Shown one piece after another: positions 1-8,597 of a stretch of DNA of 64,000 nt. The notes beneath the pieces were generated by a model. It did no database searches. It saw only the letters and a program-made list of their open reading frames with translations, and was not told the DNA's origin. Both the position numbers and the translations under genes were made by a program. Numbering within the stretch: position 1 is the first letter of the stretch; the number at the start of each line of letters is the position of its first letter. The stretch comes from Christensenellaceae bacterium (GTDB taxonomy: Bacteria > Bacillota > Clostridia > Christensenellales > UBA1750): contig JAITGM010000016.1 in NCBI GenBank assembly GCA_031280685.1, forward strand, positions 1,665-65,664, read 5' to 3'.

Positions 1-248
1 GCGAAGCTCGCCGAGATCACCGCCTTTAAGCCCTCCCCGCCGCCCTCAAGGATCGCCGAGTTCGCGCCGAAGCTGTTGGTCTTGATGGCCTGCGCCCCAG
101 CCCTGATGTAGGCCTCATGGATGCGCAGAACACCCTCCGGATCCTCCAAATTAGCCCGCTCGCAGGGGCTGACGCCCCCTTGGTAAAGGGTCCCCATCGC
201 CCCGTCAAAGAGCAGCTTGCCCGTTTGCAGCCATTCTCGCGCCGTCAT
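1..248 (-). CDS. Homocysteine S-methyltransferase domain protein, 5' part only (probably a YitJ-like bifunctional Hcy methyltransferase/methylenetetrahydrofolate reductase); runs off the window
   Basis: Not in the ORF track because the window edge truncates it. Manual minus-strand translation from the ATG at 248 gives MTAREWLQTGKLLFDGAMGTLYQGGVSPCERANLEDPEGVLRIHEAYIRAGAQAIKTNSFGAN..., a typical Hcy S-methyltransferase N-terminus. The ATG overlaps the metH stop (ATGA). Confidence 0.6.
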   Translation of the reverse strand, partial: MTAREWLQTGKLLFDGAMGTLYQGGVSPCERANLEDPEGVLRIHEAYIRAGAQAIKTNSFGANSAILEGGGEGLKAVISASF

Positions 249-2641
249 GCCCTTTCCTCCGCGCCCGCGAAAAGGCGCCGGGCGATATCCGCCGACTGCT
301 TTGCGTCTTTGGCATAAAAGTCGGCGCCGATCTCGCGCGCATAGTCCGCGGTGAGCACCGCGCCGCCCACCATGGTCTTGCAGGGGTGGCCGCTCGCCTT
401 CAGCGCGCGGATCGTCCTTTCCATCGAGGGCAGCGTCGTGGTCATCAGGGCGCTCAGGCCGACCAGCGCGATGTTTTCGCGCATGGCGATTTCAACCACG
501 AGGGCAGGCTCCACGTCCCGGCCCAAATCGAAAACCTCGAAGCCATAGTTTTCGAGCACGACCTTGACGATGTTCTTGCCGATGTCGTGAATGTCGCCCT
601 TGACGGTGGCGAGCAGGATTTTCCCCTTGGAAAGCCGCGCTTCGCCCCCTTTTGCGAGCGCGAGGCGAATCTGGGCGAAGGCGCCCTCGGCGGCCGAGGC
701 GGCGGCGATGAGCTGCGGCAAAAAGAGCTTGCCCCTTTCGTATTTTTGCCCGACTTGATCCAGCGCCGGGATGAGCGCGATTTCGACGATCTCAAGCGGG
801 GGCAGGGCTTCGAGCAAGCCCTTGGCCTGCCTGGCGCATTCCTCCTTAAGCCCCGCCTCCACGGCAGCCATGAGGCCCTCCGGGCCGATCTCCCGCGCTG
901 CGGCGGGCGCGGGCGCTTCACCTTCGCGCCCCGAAACCCGGGCGATGTAACGCTCGGCGCGCGCATCGCCATCCGCCAAAAGGTTGTAGGCAAAAACGGC
1001 ATCGACCATCGGGCGCACGCCGGGGTTTAGGATGGGCAGGGTCAGCCCCGCCTGCAGGGCCATGGCCAAGAAGTTTTGGTTCACGATCTCGCGGGCCGGC
1101 AGGCCGAACGAGATATTGGAAACGCCTAAGACCGTCTGCAGCCCAAGCTCGTGCCGCACGATAGAAAGGGCCTTGAGCGTTTCCTTCGCCTGCTCGGGCT
1201 GAGCCGAAACCGTCAGAGTCAGGCAGTCGATGAAGACCTTTTCTTGGGGGATTCCAACTTCCAGCGCCGCGCTCAAGATGCGCTTGGCGATTGCGACGCG
1301 CCCCTCCGCATCGTTTGGGATGCCGTTTTCATCGAGCGCCAGGCCGAGCACGCAGGCACCGTATTTCTTGGCCAGCGGCAGAATTTCCTTGAGGGATTCC
1401 GTTTTTCCGCTGACCGAATTGATGATTGCGATGCCGTGAAAGGCCCGCAAGCCGGCTTCAATGGCCGCGGGATCTGAAGAGTCGATCTGCAGGGGCAGGT
1501 CGCTGACCCCCTGCAGTTCCTCAACGAGCCTTTTCATGGTCGCGGGCTCGTCCAGCCCCGGCAGGCCGACGTTTACGTCCAAAATCTCGGCCCCCGCGCG
1601 CTGCTGCTCGATGCCCAGCGAGAGGACATAGCCCAAATCGCCCTTTTTGAGCGCCTGCTGCATGGGCTTCCTGCCGCTTGGATTGATCCTTTCGCCAATG
1701 ACGTGCGCATGGCCGCAAAGGCAGAGCGCTCGCGAGGGCGAAGCGAGCATGAGCGGCGGGTGAAGCTCCCTTTCTGCCGGGATTTCGCCATTTAGGGCCT
1801 TGATCATCGCCGAAATGAACGAAGGCTCGGTGCCGCAGCAGCCGCCGTAGAACTTGACCCCCAGCGCGGCAAACTCGCGCATGGCGGCCGCGAATTCCCC
1901 GGCGCTCAGGTCGTACCCGCTGCCGTCCGGCCTTGGCAGGCCCGCGTTTGCCTTCACCACCAACGGCAGGGCCGTATTTTGCGCGATGGTCTTAACGATT
2001 GGGACGAGCTGCTTTGGGCCCAGCGAGCAGTTCACGCCGATCGCGTCCGCACCAAGGCCGGTTAAGACCTGCGCCATGCTCTCGGGCAGCACGCCCTGGA
2101 AACTCCTGCCGCTCTCGTCAAAGCTCATGGTCACGATGGCGGGCAGGGCGGTGTTCTCTTTAATGGCGAGCAGGGCGGCGCGAGCTTCGCCCAGGTCGGT
2201 CAGCGTTTCGGCCACGACGAGATCGACCCCGGCCCTTTCGCCCCCGACGGCAAGCTCCTTGAAGAGCTCGTAGGCTTCATCGAAGCGCAGCGAGCCCGCG
2301 GGGTAGAGCAGTTCGCCAATCGGCCCCACGTCCAGGGCGATCAGCGCGTTCGAACCTCCCGCCGCGCACCTTGCGACGGCAACCGCGGCCTCAAGCAGCT
2401 CCTCCACCGTGTGCCCGCTGCCGCGCAGCTTGCGGGCGTTGAGACCAAAGGTATTCGTATACAGGATCTCTGCCCCGGCGCTCAAGTAGCCCCGGTGGAC
2501 TTCCTCGACGAGCTCGGGCCGCGTCAGGTTCAGCAGCTCGGGCAGCTCGCCGAGCTTTAAGCCCCTCTGCTGGAGCATCGTGCCCATCGAGCCATCCAAA
2601 AAGACCTTGTTCTGTTTTAGGATCCGGGCAAAGCGGCTCAC
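245..2641 (-). CDS. metH: Cobalamin-dependent methionine synthase core (Hcy-binding + pterin-binding + B12-binding domains, no reactivation domain)
   Basis: 798-aa ORF. The N-terminus is an Hcy methyltransferase domain (LDGSMGTMLQQRG...GGCCGT). A pterin-binding region lies in the middle. The C-terminus has the B12-binding motif (GDIHDIGKNIV). GTG start overlaps the upstream stop (GTGA). Confidence 0.9.
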   Translation of the reverse strand: MSRFARILKQNKVFLDGSMGTMLQQRGLKLGELPELLNLTRPELVEEVHRGYLSAGAEILYTNTFGLNARKLRGSGHTVEELLEAAVAVARCAAGGSNALIALDVGPIGELLYPAGSLRFDEAYELFKELAVGGERAGVDLVVAETLTDLGEARAALLAIKENTALPAIVTMSFDESGRSFQGVLPESMAQVLTGLGADAIGVNCSLGPKQLVPIVKTIAQNTALPLVVKANAGLPRPDGSGYDLSAGEFAAAMREFAALGVKFYGGCCGTEPSFISAMIKALNGEIPAERELHPPLMLASPSRALCLCGHAHVIGERINPSGRKPMQQALKKGDLGYVLSLGIEQQRAGAEILDVNVGLPGLDEPATMKRLVEELQGVSDLPLQIDSSDPAAIEAGLRAFHGIAIINSVSGKTESLKEILPLAKKYGACVLGLALDENGIPNDAEGRVAIAKRILSAALEVGIPQEKVFIDCLTLTVSAQPEQAKETLKALSIVRHELGLQTVLGVSNISFGLPAREIVNQNFLAMALQAGLTLPILNPGVRPMVDAVFAYNLLADGDARAERYIARVSGREGEAPAPAAAREIGPEGLMAAVEAGLKEECARQAKGLLEALPPLEIVEIALIPALDQVGQKYERGKLFLPQLIAAASAAEGAFAQIRLALAKGGEARLSKGKILLATVKGDIHDIGKNIVKVVLENYGFEVFDLGRDVEPALVVEIAMRENIALVGLSALMTTTLPSMERTIRALKASGHPCKTMVGGAVLTADYAREIGADFYAKDAKQSADIARRLFAGAEERA

Positions 2642-3306
2642 GCCCCATCCCCTCCTTTACTCATTGCCCTGAAGGCGCAGTCCCGGGCCGCGCAGCCCGC
2701 GCATTTTCCACTTGGTTCATCCCTTTTTGCCCCGCCCCCGATGCCGATGACGGCCGAGACCGACTTTTGCGGCGTCATCAGCAGCCCGCCGTTCAGGCTC
2801 AGCCCGATGCGGCGGTAGGCATCGAGCGCGTCGAGAAGTTCTCTCTGGGTTTCAAGGGGCAAGTCGCCATAGCCCGGGCTGTAGCGCATCGTGAGAGGGC
2901 AAGGCGCCAGCTCGCGCCGTATTTCCCCTTCCAGTTCATCGGCGGCCCATTCCACGGCGGCGCTCAGGCAGGCGTCGGCCGCCAGGGCGGTGAAGAGATC
3001 CTCGAGCTGGGCCCTGCGAAGAATGGCGTCGGCTTCCGGGCCCAGGGTGACGGCCAGCAGCGCCGCGCGCCCGCAGCCCTCGAGCAGCGCCGCGATGTCT
3101 TGCCCCTTGAGCAGCACGCCCCCGCCCTTCAGGGCGATTCCGCCCTCCGTCCGCTCGGTTTCAAAGACGCGGTAGATGGCCCTGGATCTTAAGCGCGGCG
3201 AAATCTCGTCTATTTGGGCGCGCAAGACCGCGAGCGCGCGGGCGCCCGGCGCCGCGCGGTAGCCCATATAGCGCAGGGCCTCGGCTTCATCGATGAAAAC
3301 GGCCAC
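2638..3306 (-). CDS. Methionine synthase reactivation (AdoMet-binding) domain protein, encoded separately
   Basis: 222-aa ORF directly upstream of, and overlapping, metH. The sequence (RMRYSPGYGDLPL...) resembles the stand-alone vitamin-B12-dependent methionine synthase activation domain proteins of Clostridia. GTG start is preceded by GAGGAGGA. Confidence 0.75.
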   Translation of the reverse strand: MAVFIDEAEALRYMGYRAAPGARALAVLRAQIDEISPRLRSRAIYRVFETERTEGGIALKGGGVLLKGQDIAALLEGCGRAALLAVTLGPEADAILRRAQLEDLFTALAADACLSAAVEWAADELEGEIRRELAPCPLTMRYSPGYGDLPLETQRELLDALDAYRRIGLSLNGGLLMTPQKSVSAVIGIGGGAKRDEPSGKCAGCAARDCAFRAMSKGGDGA

Positions 3307-3338
3307 TTTGGGCGTCCTCCTCAGCTCATTTTGCAGTT

Positions 3339-3347
3339 AGTATACCA
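3339..3347 (-). promoter_or_regulatory. Extended -10 promoter (TGgTATACT) for the metH operon
   Basis: The minus strand reads aataTGgTATACTaactgcaaaatgagctGAGGAGGAcgcccaaaGTG. The leader is short with no room for a riboswitch. Confidence 0.4.
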
Positions 3348-3586
3348 TATTGCGCCGCGGAACCGCGTTAAGTTTCCTGCGGGGAACGCATAGGGCCGCG
3401 CCTGGCTTTGCTCGCCCCTTTGGCCGTGGCATCTTGAGCTAAATCAGAGGAAAGGGCGCTGCCAGCTTGCGCGATGGAGCCAAAAAACCTTGACGAAAAG
3501 GGGTTGGCCTATTGCGACGCGGGCGGCCGAAAAGGCCCCGGGCGCATCGAATTCGCCCTGCCGCTCCGCAAAATTCCGCCCCCGCC

Positions 3587-3615
3587 TTGACAGCCCCCAA
3601 AAGATATGCTATTCT
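3587..3615 (+). promoter_or_regulatory. Sigma-A type promoter for tRNA-Val
   Basis: TTGACA (3587-3592), a 17-nt spacer, then TATTCT (3610-3615), about 25 nt upstream of the tRNA 5' end. Confidence 0.55.
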
Positions 3616-3639
3616 CTTTTTGCCCTTCAGGGGGCGCTT

Positions 3640-3715
3640 GGTCTGTTGGCTCAGTTGGTAGAGCACATCGTTCACATCGATGGGGTCACTGGTTCGAGTC
3701 CAGTACAGACCACCA
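3640..3715 (+). tRNA. tRNA-Val (anticodon CAC), CCA encoded
   Basis: Manual cloverleaf. Acceptor GGTCTGT/ACAGACC, D-arm GCTC-AGTTGGTA-GAGC, anticodon stem CATCG/CGATG with loop TTCACAT. T-arm ACTGG-TTCGAGT-CCAGT, discriminator A, then CCA. Confidence 0.9.
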
Positions 3716-3722
3716 TGTCGCT

Positions 3723-3753
3723 GCGGACTCCATTGAGTTCGCGGCGTTTTTTT
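3723..3753 (+). terminator. Rho-independent terminator after tRNA-Val
   Basis: Stem GCGGACTC/GAGTTCGC (one G-U pair), loop CATT, followed by GGCGTTTTTTTG. Confidence 0.6.
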
Positions 3754-3877
3754 GCGAAAGGGCGCGGCGGGCCGCTCATCGCCTTTTGCGGATGGCGCCG
3801 TTTTCGGCGTCGCCGGGGGAGCACGCGGGAGGCACTACCCGCTCTACGCAGGCGCGGCCGCGCCACAGGCCGCCCCC

Positions 3878-3906
3878 TTGGCAAACCACGATTTTTCTTT
3901 TATGAT
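3878..3906 (+). promoter_or_regulatory. Sigma-A type promoter for the M20 peptidase gene
   Basis: TTGGCA, a 17-nt spacer, then TATGAT, about 33 nt upstream of the ATG at 3940. Confidence 0.45.
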
Positions 3907-3939
3907 GGGAAGAGAACGCATAAAGGCGAGGTCTTGTAA

Positions 3940-5121
3940 ATGCAATTTCCCCATGACGAAGCGCTCCAAGAACTAGAGGGCTTAATTTTGCAACTTTGCG
4001 CCATTCCTGCTCCCTCGGGCGGCGAAAGGGCGCGCGCCGAGTTTTGCAGAGACTTTCTCGCGCGCGCCGGCGCGAAAGAGCTGCTGATCGACGAAGCCGA
4101 TAACCTGCTCCTGCCCATCGGCTGCGAGGGCGCGTCCCAAATCGATGTGCTGATGGCCCATACCGACACGGTCTTCCCCGAAACCACCCCATTCAGCCCA
4201 AAACGGCGCGGAAACAGGCTCTATTGCCCAGGCGTGGGGGACGACACGGCGAATCTGGCCATCCTCCTATTGGGCGCAAGGGCAGTCCTTGAGCAAGGCC
4301 TGCGGCCTAAGAGCGGCGGCGTGCTCTTTGTGGCCGATTCTGGCGAGGAAGGGCTGGGCAACCTGCGCGGCATTCGCCAAGTGATGAAGGACTATGCCGG
4401 CCGGGTTCGCAGCGTCGTTTCCTTTGATGGCACGCTGAACACCTTGTGCAACTGGGCGGTCGGCTCCCTGCGCTACGAGGTGAGGGCCAAGGTCAAGGGC
4501 GGCCATTCCTACGGGCATTTTGGCAGCCGGAACGCGATTGAGGCGCTGGCCTCGCTAATCGTCGATCTATACGCCATCAAGCCGCCCAAAATCGGCAAGA
4601 GCAAGACCACCTACAACGTGGGCAGGGTTTCGGGCGGCACCTCGATCAACTCCATCGCCCAAAGCGCGAAAATGCTCTATGAGATCCGTAGCGACCACCG
4701 TCTTTGCCTGGAGGCAACGCACAGGCTCTTCGAAGATGCGCTGGGCCGCGCCCGCGAGCGCAAGGACGCGAGCTTTGAAGTGACGCTTCTAGGTGAAAGG
4801 CCCTGCATGGGCGATGTGGATCCCGCCGCACAGGGCGAGCTGGAGGGTTACTACATTGCCTTGAGCGAAAGGCATCTTAGCAAAAGGCCGCAGCTTGGCC
4901 CCGGCTCCACCGACTGCAACATCCCCTTTTCCTTGGGCATTCCTTCGCTTTCGTGCGGGTTTTACTCGGGCGGCGGCGCGCACACCTACGAGGAATATAT
5001 CGAGCTCCCCTCCCTGAAGTACGGGCTGAAGATGGGCATGGAGGCCATTTTGCATCACTTCAAGCGCCCCTCCGGGCCTGCGCATGGGGGGCTCTGTCCC
5101 CCCTACGGAACCCCCTTCTAA
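3940..5121 (+). CDS. M20/M25/M40 family metallopeptidase (peptidase T / ArgE-DapE-like)
   Basis: 393-aa ORF with M20 metal-binding signatures (MAHTDTVF, GVGDDTANLA) and a dimerisation-domain-like middle. Confidence 0.8.
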   Translation: MQFPHDEALQELEGLILQLCAIPAPSGGERARAEFCRDFLARAGAKELLIDEADNLLLPIGCEGASQIDVLMAHTDTVFPETTPFSPKRRGNRLYCPGVGDDTANLAILLLGARAVLEQGLRPKSGGVLFVADSGEEGLGNLRGIRQVMKDYAGRVRSVVSFDGTLNTLCNWAVGSLRYEVRAKVKGGHSYGHFGSRNAIEALASLIVDLYAIKPPKIGKSKTTYNVGRVSGGTSINSIAQSAKMLYEIRSDHRLCLEATHRLFEDALGRARERKDASFEVTLLGERPCMGDVDPAAQGELEGYYIALSERHLSKRPQLGPGSTDCNIPFSLGIPSLSCGFYSGGGAHTYEEYIELPSLKYGLKMGMEAILHHFKRPSGPAHGGLCPPYGTPF

Positions 5122-5265
5122 CAAAGGAGTGGCTCAACGCAGCCATTTCGTTTACTCCCCTTACGGGGAGCGCGCCGAGGGGCAATGTGCCCTCCCGCGA
5201 AGGCCCGAAGGCTATCCCCTCTCGATGCTGTGAGCCGGCGCGGCGGCAGGCGGCCAAGCTCCGTC

Positions 5266-5616
5266 TTAAAGGGCATCGGGCAGAGCCGAAGCCCCGCGAG
5301 CCCGTCGCGGCAGCCACTCCAGCCGCCCGCTCGCCTGGTCGAGCAGCGTGCCGCCCTCGATTTTGGCTTCCGGCCCGGGCTTCCTCAAGAAGTAAAAGCC
5401 GCGTTGGTGGATGAACTCACCATCGTGCACGCCGCCCTTGAGGCTGTAGAAGCATTCCTGCATCCAGGCCAGCCTTTCGACCCGAAAGCGCAGGCTGCTT
5501 TCCTCCAAACCCTCGCGGACGACGGCCTCTTCCAGCGTTTCCCCAAAGCACACCCGCAGGTTGAAGATGCCCCCTCTGCTATAGAAATGCTGAGAATGTT
5601 TTCACGCAGCCGCCAT
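5266..5616 (-). pseudogene. Nudix hydrolase remnant (5'-truncated, in-frame stop after codon 4)
   Basis: The ORF-track piece 5266..5553 carries a Nudix box (GETLEEAVVREGLEESSL). Upstream and in frame lies an RBS (AAGGAGAG), then ATG GCG GCT GCG TGA (5616-5602). Only about 17 further codons precede the box, so the usual ~30-residue N-terminal strand region is missing. Confidence 0.45.
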
Positions 5617-5699
5617 GTTTCGCGCTCTCCTTATGCCTTAAAAAACGCGGCCGCCGGCAAGTCGGCGACCACGTTTTTCCTTTTTATTTATCTTTCCTC

Positions 5700-6104
5700 T
5701 CAGCCCGGGAAGCCGTCGCCGTCGCTGTCGTGCCAATCGTGCTCCCGCGCGGCACCATAAAGCTCGCGGCCCATCAGGCCGCGCTTGGCGCGCTCTTCCT
5801 CGATCAATTTACTCAGCAGGGCGCGCAACTTGTCGGAATTCTTAACGTTCTGCAGGGCCAAAACGCCGTCGGTCTTGTCGGCGCTGAAGAGCGTCACCGT
5901 CCCAACGCCAAAGATCCTCTGGCCGAGGCTACGGGCCAGCTTGAGATCCATCACCCGATAGAGGAGCAGCTCGTCGGTTTCCATGCGGAAGAAGCCCTTT
6001 CGCACCAGCAGGCGGCCATCTTCGATGGAATAGCGCGTGAAGCTGATGGGCAGGCCCAAAATCCGCTTTCTGTCCTTCCAAAGGGGCGCGGTCGCATTCG
6101 GCAT
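5700..6104 (-). CDS. Bacterial PH domain (bPH_2/YdbS-YdbT-like, DUF304) protein
   Basis: 134-aa ORF. The pattern ...RYSIEDGRLLVRKGFFRMETDELLLYRVMDLKLARSLGQRIFGVGTV... is typical of membrane-associated bacterial PH domain proteins. Confidence 0.65.
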   Translation of the reverse strand: MPNATAPLWKDRKRILGLPISFTRYSIEDGRLLVRKGFFRMETDELLLYRVMDLKLARSLGQRIFGVGTVTLFSADKTDGVLALQNVKNSDKLRALLSKLIEEERAKRGLMGRELYGAAREHDWHDSDGDGFPG

Positions 6105-6143
6105 GGCATAAGCCCTCCTTCTTTTTTGGTATTCTCGTTCTTT

Positions 6144-7625
6144 TTACGGGGAAACCACCGCCCTCATCCCCGCGGAATCGGTCAGCGCTGTGTGCAGAAT
6201 GGGCTTCGTCTTAAGCTCGGCCAGGCTTTGGGGCATTTGCAGGCCGCTGATCTCCTGCAGCGCGTCCGCGCAGGCGAATTCATCGAGATTTCGGGCGAAT
6301 TCGGCGTCCTTGAGCGCCACGAGCACGTCGCGGCTGAATTTGTAGGGGCTGGCGGTTGAAAGCAGCACCATGGGCGACTGATCGCCGCTCGCCCTTTGGT
6401 ATTCCCGCGCCGCCACGAAGCCCACCGCGGTGTGGGGATCCATCAAATAGCCGCTCTCATCGAAGCAGTTTTTGATCGCCGCCGCGGCCTGCGCATCGCT
6501 CACCCAGCCTGCGGAAAAGTCCTCACGCAGCTTCTCGCGCATCCCTTCCGGCAGGGCGTAGGCGCCCTTCTGGCCAAGCTCTGCCATCAGGGAGCGGATC
6601 AGCGCATCGTCCCTGCCCGAAAGCTCATACAGCAGCCTTTCGAGGTTTGAAGAAACCAAAATGTCCATCGAGGGCGACGAGGTCTTGTAAAATTCGCGGT
6701 TCGTATCGTACAGCCCGGTCTGGATGAAGTCAAAGAGGATGTTATTGCGGTTGCTGGCGCAAACCATCCTGCCCACGGGCAAGCCCATGCGCCTCGCGTA
6801 GTAGGCGGCGAGAATGTTGCCAAAGTTGCCGGTCGGCACGCAGACGTTCATGCGCTGCCCAAGGCTGAGCCGCCCCTGCGCGAGAAGATCGGCATAGGCC
6901 GAGAAGTAGTAGGCGATCTGCGGGGCGAGACGGCCGAAGTTGATGGAATTGGCGCTCGAAAGCTCGACGCCCTTGGCCGAAAGCTCCCTGGCGAGGGCCT
7001 CGTCGGCAAAGATGCGCTTCACGCCGGTCTGGGCATCGTCAAAGTTGCCCTCCACGGCGCAAACGCGCAGGTTTCCGCCCTCCTGCGTGAGCATTTGCAG
7101 CTTTTGGGCAGGGGAAACCCCTTCTTTTGGGAAGAAGACGAGCACCGCGGTGCCCTCCACATCCTTAAAGCCCTCAAGGGCCGCCTTGCCCGTGTCGCCG
7201 GATGTGGCCACGAGGATCTGGATGGTCTTGTCGGTCCCCGTTTTCTTCATCGCCAGCGCAAGCAGCCGCGGCAGGATCTGCAGGGCCATGTCTTTGAAGG
7301 CATGGGTCGGGCCATGCCAAAGTTCGAGCACCGCAAGGCCGTTCAGCTCCTTGAGCGGGGCCGGGTTTTCGCCAAAACGCGCGGGCGCGTAGGCCGCGCC
7401 CGTCGCCGCGGCAAGCTCCTCGGCGCTGTAATCATCAAGCAACGGCGCCAGCACGGCTTCGGCCCTGCGATGGTAGGGCAGCTTCGCCATTTCCGCGATG
7501 GCGCTCAGCGGAATCTGCGGGAATTCGTCCGGCACGAACAGCCCGCCGTCCGGCGCGAGGCCGCGCAGAATGGCGCTGGCCGAGGGAATGTGCACCCGCC
7601 GGTCCCTCGTGGATTGATAAAGCAT
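6144..7625 (-). CDS. thrC: Threonine synthase
   Basis: 493-aa ORF. The N-terminus MLYQSTRD...GLAPDGGLFVP and the PLP-lysine region (HGPTHAFKD) are characteristic of long-form ThrC. Confidence 0.9.
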   Translation of the reverse strand: MLYQSTRDRRVHIPSASAILRGLAPDGGLFVPDEFPQIPLSAIAEMAKLPYHRRAEAVLAPLLDDYSAEELAAATGAAYAPARFGENPAPLKELNGLAVLELWHGPTHAFKDMALQILPRLLALAMKKTGTDKTIQILVATSGDTGKAALEGFKDVEGTAVLVFFPKEGVSPAQKLQMLTQEGGNLRVCAVEGNFDDAQTGVKRIFADEALARELSAKGVELSSANSINFGRLAPQIAYYFSAYADLLAQGRLSLGQRMNVCVPTGNFGNILAAYYARRMGLPVGRMVCASNRNNILFDFIQTGLYDTNREFYKTSSPSMDILVSSNLERLLYELSGRDDALIRSLMAELGQKGAYALPEGMREKLREDFSAGWVSDAQAAAAIKNCFDESGYLMDPHTAVGFVAAREYQRASGDQSPMVLLSTASPYKFSRDVLVALKDAEFARNLDEFACADALQEISGLQMPQSLAELKTKPILHTALTDSAGMRAVVSP

Positions 7626-7647
7626 GGCTTCCTCCCCAAAACTTGAA

Positions 7648-7699
7648 CGCGCGGCGGGCTCGCGCTTCTTTGTAAGAATGCGTCCTTGCCCGCCGCGCG
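7648..7699 (-). terminator. Long GC hairpin, putative terminator between the P-loop gene and thrC
   Basis: Perfect 12-bp arms CGCGCGGCGGGC/GCCCGCCGCGCG with a 28-nt partly paired loop. On the minus strand it is followed by TTCAAGTTTTGG, a weak U-tract. Confidence 0.4.
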
Positions 7700-7713
7700 T
7701 GTGATTTCCTTGG

Positions 7714-8121
7714 TTAGATGATGTACTTCTTGAGGTATTCCGGCGCCTCGTCGGGCCCGGAGGTCGCGATCACCACATGGAGGTTGTTCTTCTCGGCCAT
7801 TTCCTCAAGCCTTTGGAAGAAGCTCCCCAGGTCGTTCAGGTCGGCTTCGACCAAGCGGAGGAAGCCATCCACGTACATCTCGTTCATATCGTAGTTCGCG
7901 GCCACGATGCCGCACAAAAACCCAAAGAACATGTTGGGGCTGGAAATATCGTACTCCTTGGCGTTTACGAACCTCGCCTCGTGCCGCAGGTCGAACATGT
8001 AGCGATTGTCGTCATCGATGAATACGATCTCGCCTTTGTTCGAGTCGATGGATTGGTTTGCCAAATCGATGATGCGCTTGGTTTTGCCCGTTCCCTTGCG
8101 GCCGTAGATGATCTGGATCAT
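7714..8121 (-). CDS. Small stand-alone P-loop NTPase (136 aa), function unknown
   Basis: Start re-set to MIQIIYGRKGTGKTKR. It follows GGGAGG with 9-nt spacing and sits downstream of a TGgTATACT promoter. Walker A is GRKGTGKT and Walker B-like is EIVFIDDD. The ORF-track start at 8295 lies upstream of that promoter. Confidence 0.7.
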   Translation of the reverse strand: MIQIIYGRKGTGKTKRIIDLANQSIDSNKGEIVFIDDDNRYMFDLRHEARFVNAKEYDISSPNMFFGFLCGIVAANYDMNEMYVDGFLRLVEADLNDLGSFFQRLEEMAEKNNLHVVIATSGPDEAPEYLKKYII

Positions 8122-8153
8122 AGAGGTGTCGCCTCCCTTCCTGCTGTGCCCCC

Positions 8154-8162
8154 AGTATACCA
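8154..8162 (-). promoter_or_regulatory. Extended -10 promoter (TGgTATACT) for the P-loop NTPase gene
   Basis: The minus strand reads gcgTATGgTATACTgggggcacagcaggaaGGGAGGcgacacctctATG. Confidence 0.45.
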
Positions 8163-8313
8163 TACGCGCCCCCCGCGCGCCAAGCTCGTATGCCATCATT
8201 TTTTTTGCGGGCGCGGCGGTGAGGCAGCGGGGCGCTTTCAAACGCGGGAGATTGGGCTTGCGACGGCGCGGCGTGTTGGAAAATCTATTCATCAATCAAG
8301 CCGCTTCCTCCTT

Positions 8314-8597
8314 CGTCATTGCGAGGAACGCGGCGACGCGGCAATCCAGAAAGGGCTTCCCTCAATATGGAAGCTCGCTGGATTGCTTCGGTTCCCTCGC
8401 AATGACGAAAAAAGGGATGCGCTCCACGCGCCAGGCCGGCCTGCTCTGCCCGTCATTGCGAGGAGCGCGGCGACGCGGCAATCCAGAAGGGCTTCCCTCA
8501 ATATGGAAGCTCGCTGGATTGCTTCGGTTCCCTCGCAATGACGAAAAAAGGGGGGCGCTCCACGCGCTGGGCAGGCCTGCTCTGCCCGTCATTGCGG
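8314..8597. repeat. Tandem array (2 full units and 1 truncated, ~137-bp period) of a ~93-nt long-hairpin palindromic element
   Basis: Units at 8314-8407 and 8451-8543 are near-identical: CGTCATTGCGAGGARCGCGGCGACGCGGCAATCCAG...CTGGATTGCTTCGGTTCCCTCGCAATGACG. Each is followed by an A-run and a conserved ~43-nt linker. A third start lies at 8587. The same family occurs at ~29064-29520 and ~46270-46530. Confidence 0.9.

Noticed and set aside
3307-3360. SAM (S-box) riboswitch upstream of the metH operon
   Set aside because: The leader between the TGgTATACT box and the RBS is only ~30 nt, and no S-box motifs appear in the upstream 150 nt.
5122-5265. GC-rich spacer with small hairpins (CTCCCC-ttac-GGGGAG; GAGGGGCA/TGCCCTC) as another copy of the palindromic element family, or as terminators
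   Set aside because: It has no CGTCATTGCGAGG-type termini, and no U-tracts follow the stems. The evidence is insufficient for either call.
5602-5604. In-frame TGA in the Nudix gene as selenocysteine or programmed read-through
   Set aside because: No SECIS-like hairpin follows it. The position is in a non-conserved N-terminal stub, and the N-terminal fold elements are missing anyway. Pseudogenisation is simpler.
7714-8295. 5'-extended ORF-track versions of many genes (e.g. 7714..8295, 8659..9936, 10566..11513, 19780..20616, 20648..21805, 25243..25935, 31270..32193, 36543..37268, 50187..51023, 56217..57389, 62559..63482)
   Set aside because: The extensions are Arg/Pro-rich, overlap upstream genes or promoters, and an internal start with a strong RBS matches the conserved family N-terminus.
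8314-8597. Regularly spaced repeats that could at first glance be a CRISPR array
   Set aside because: The units are ~93 nt long and internally palindromic. The 'spacers' (~43 nt) are themselves conserved between units. There are only 2.1 copies, and no cas genes or leader are present. This is a REP/MITE-like array, not CRISPR.
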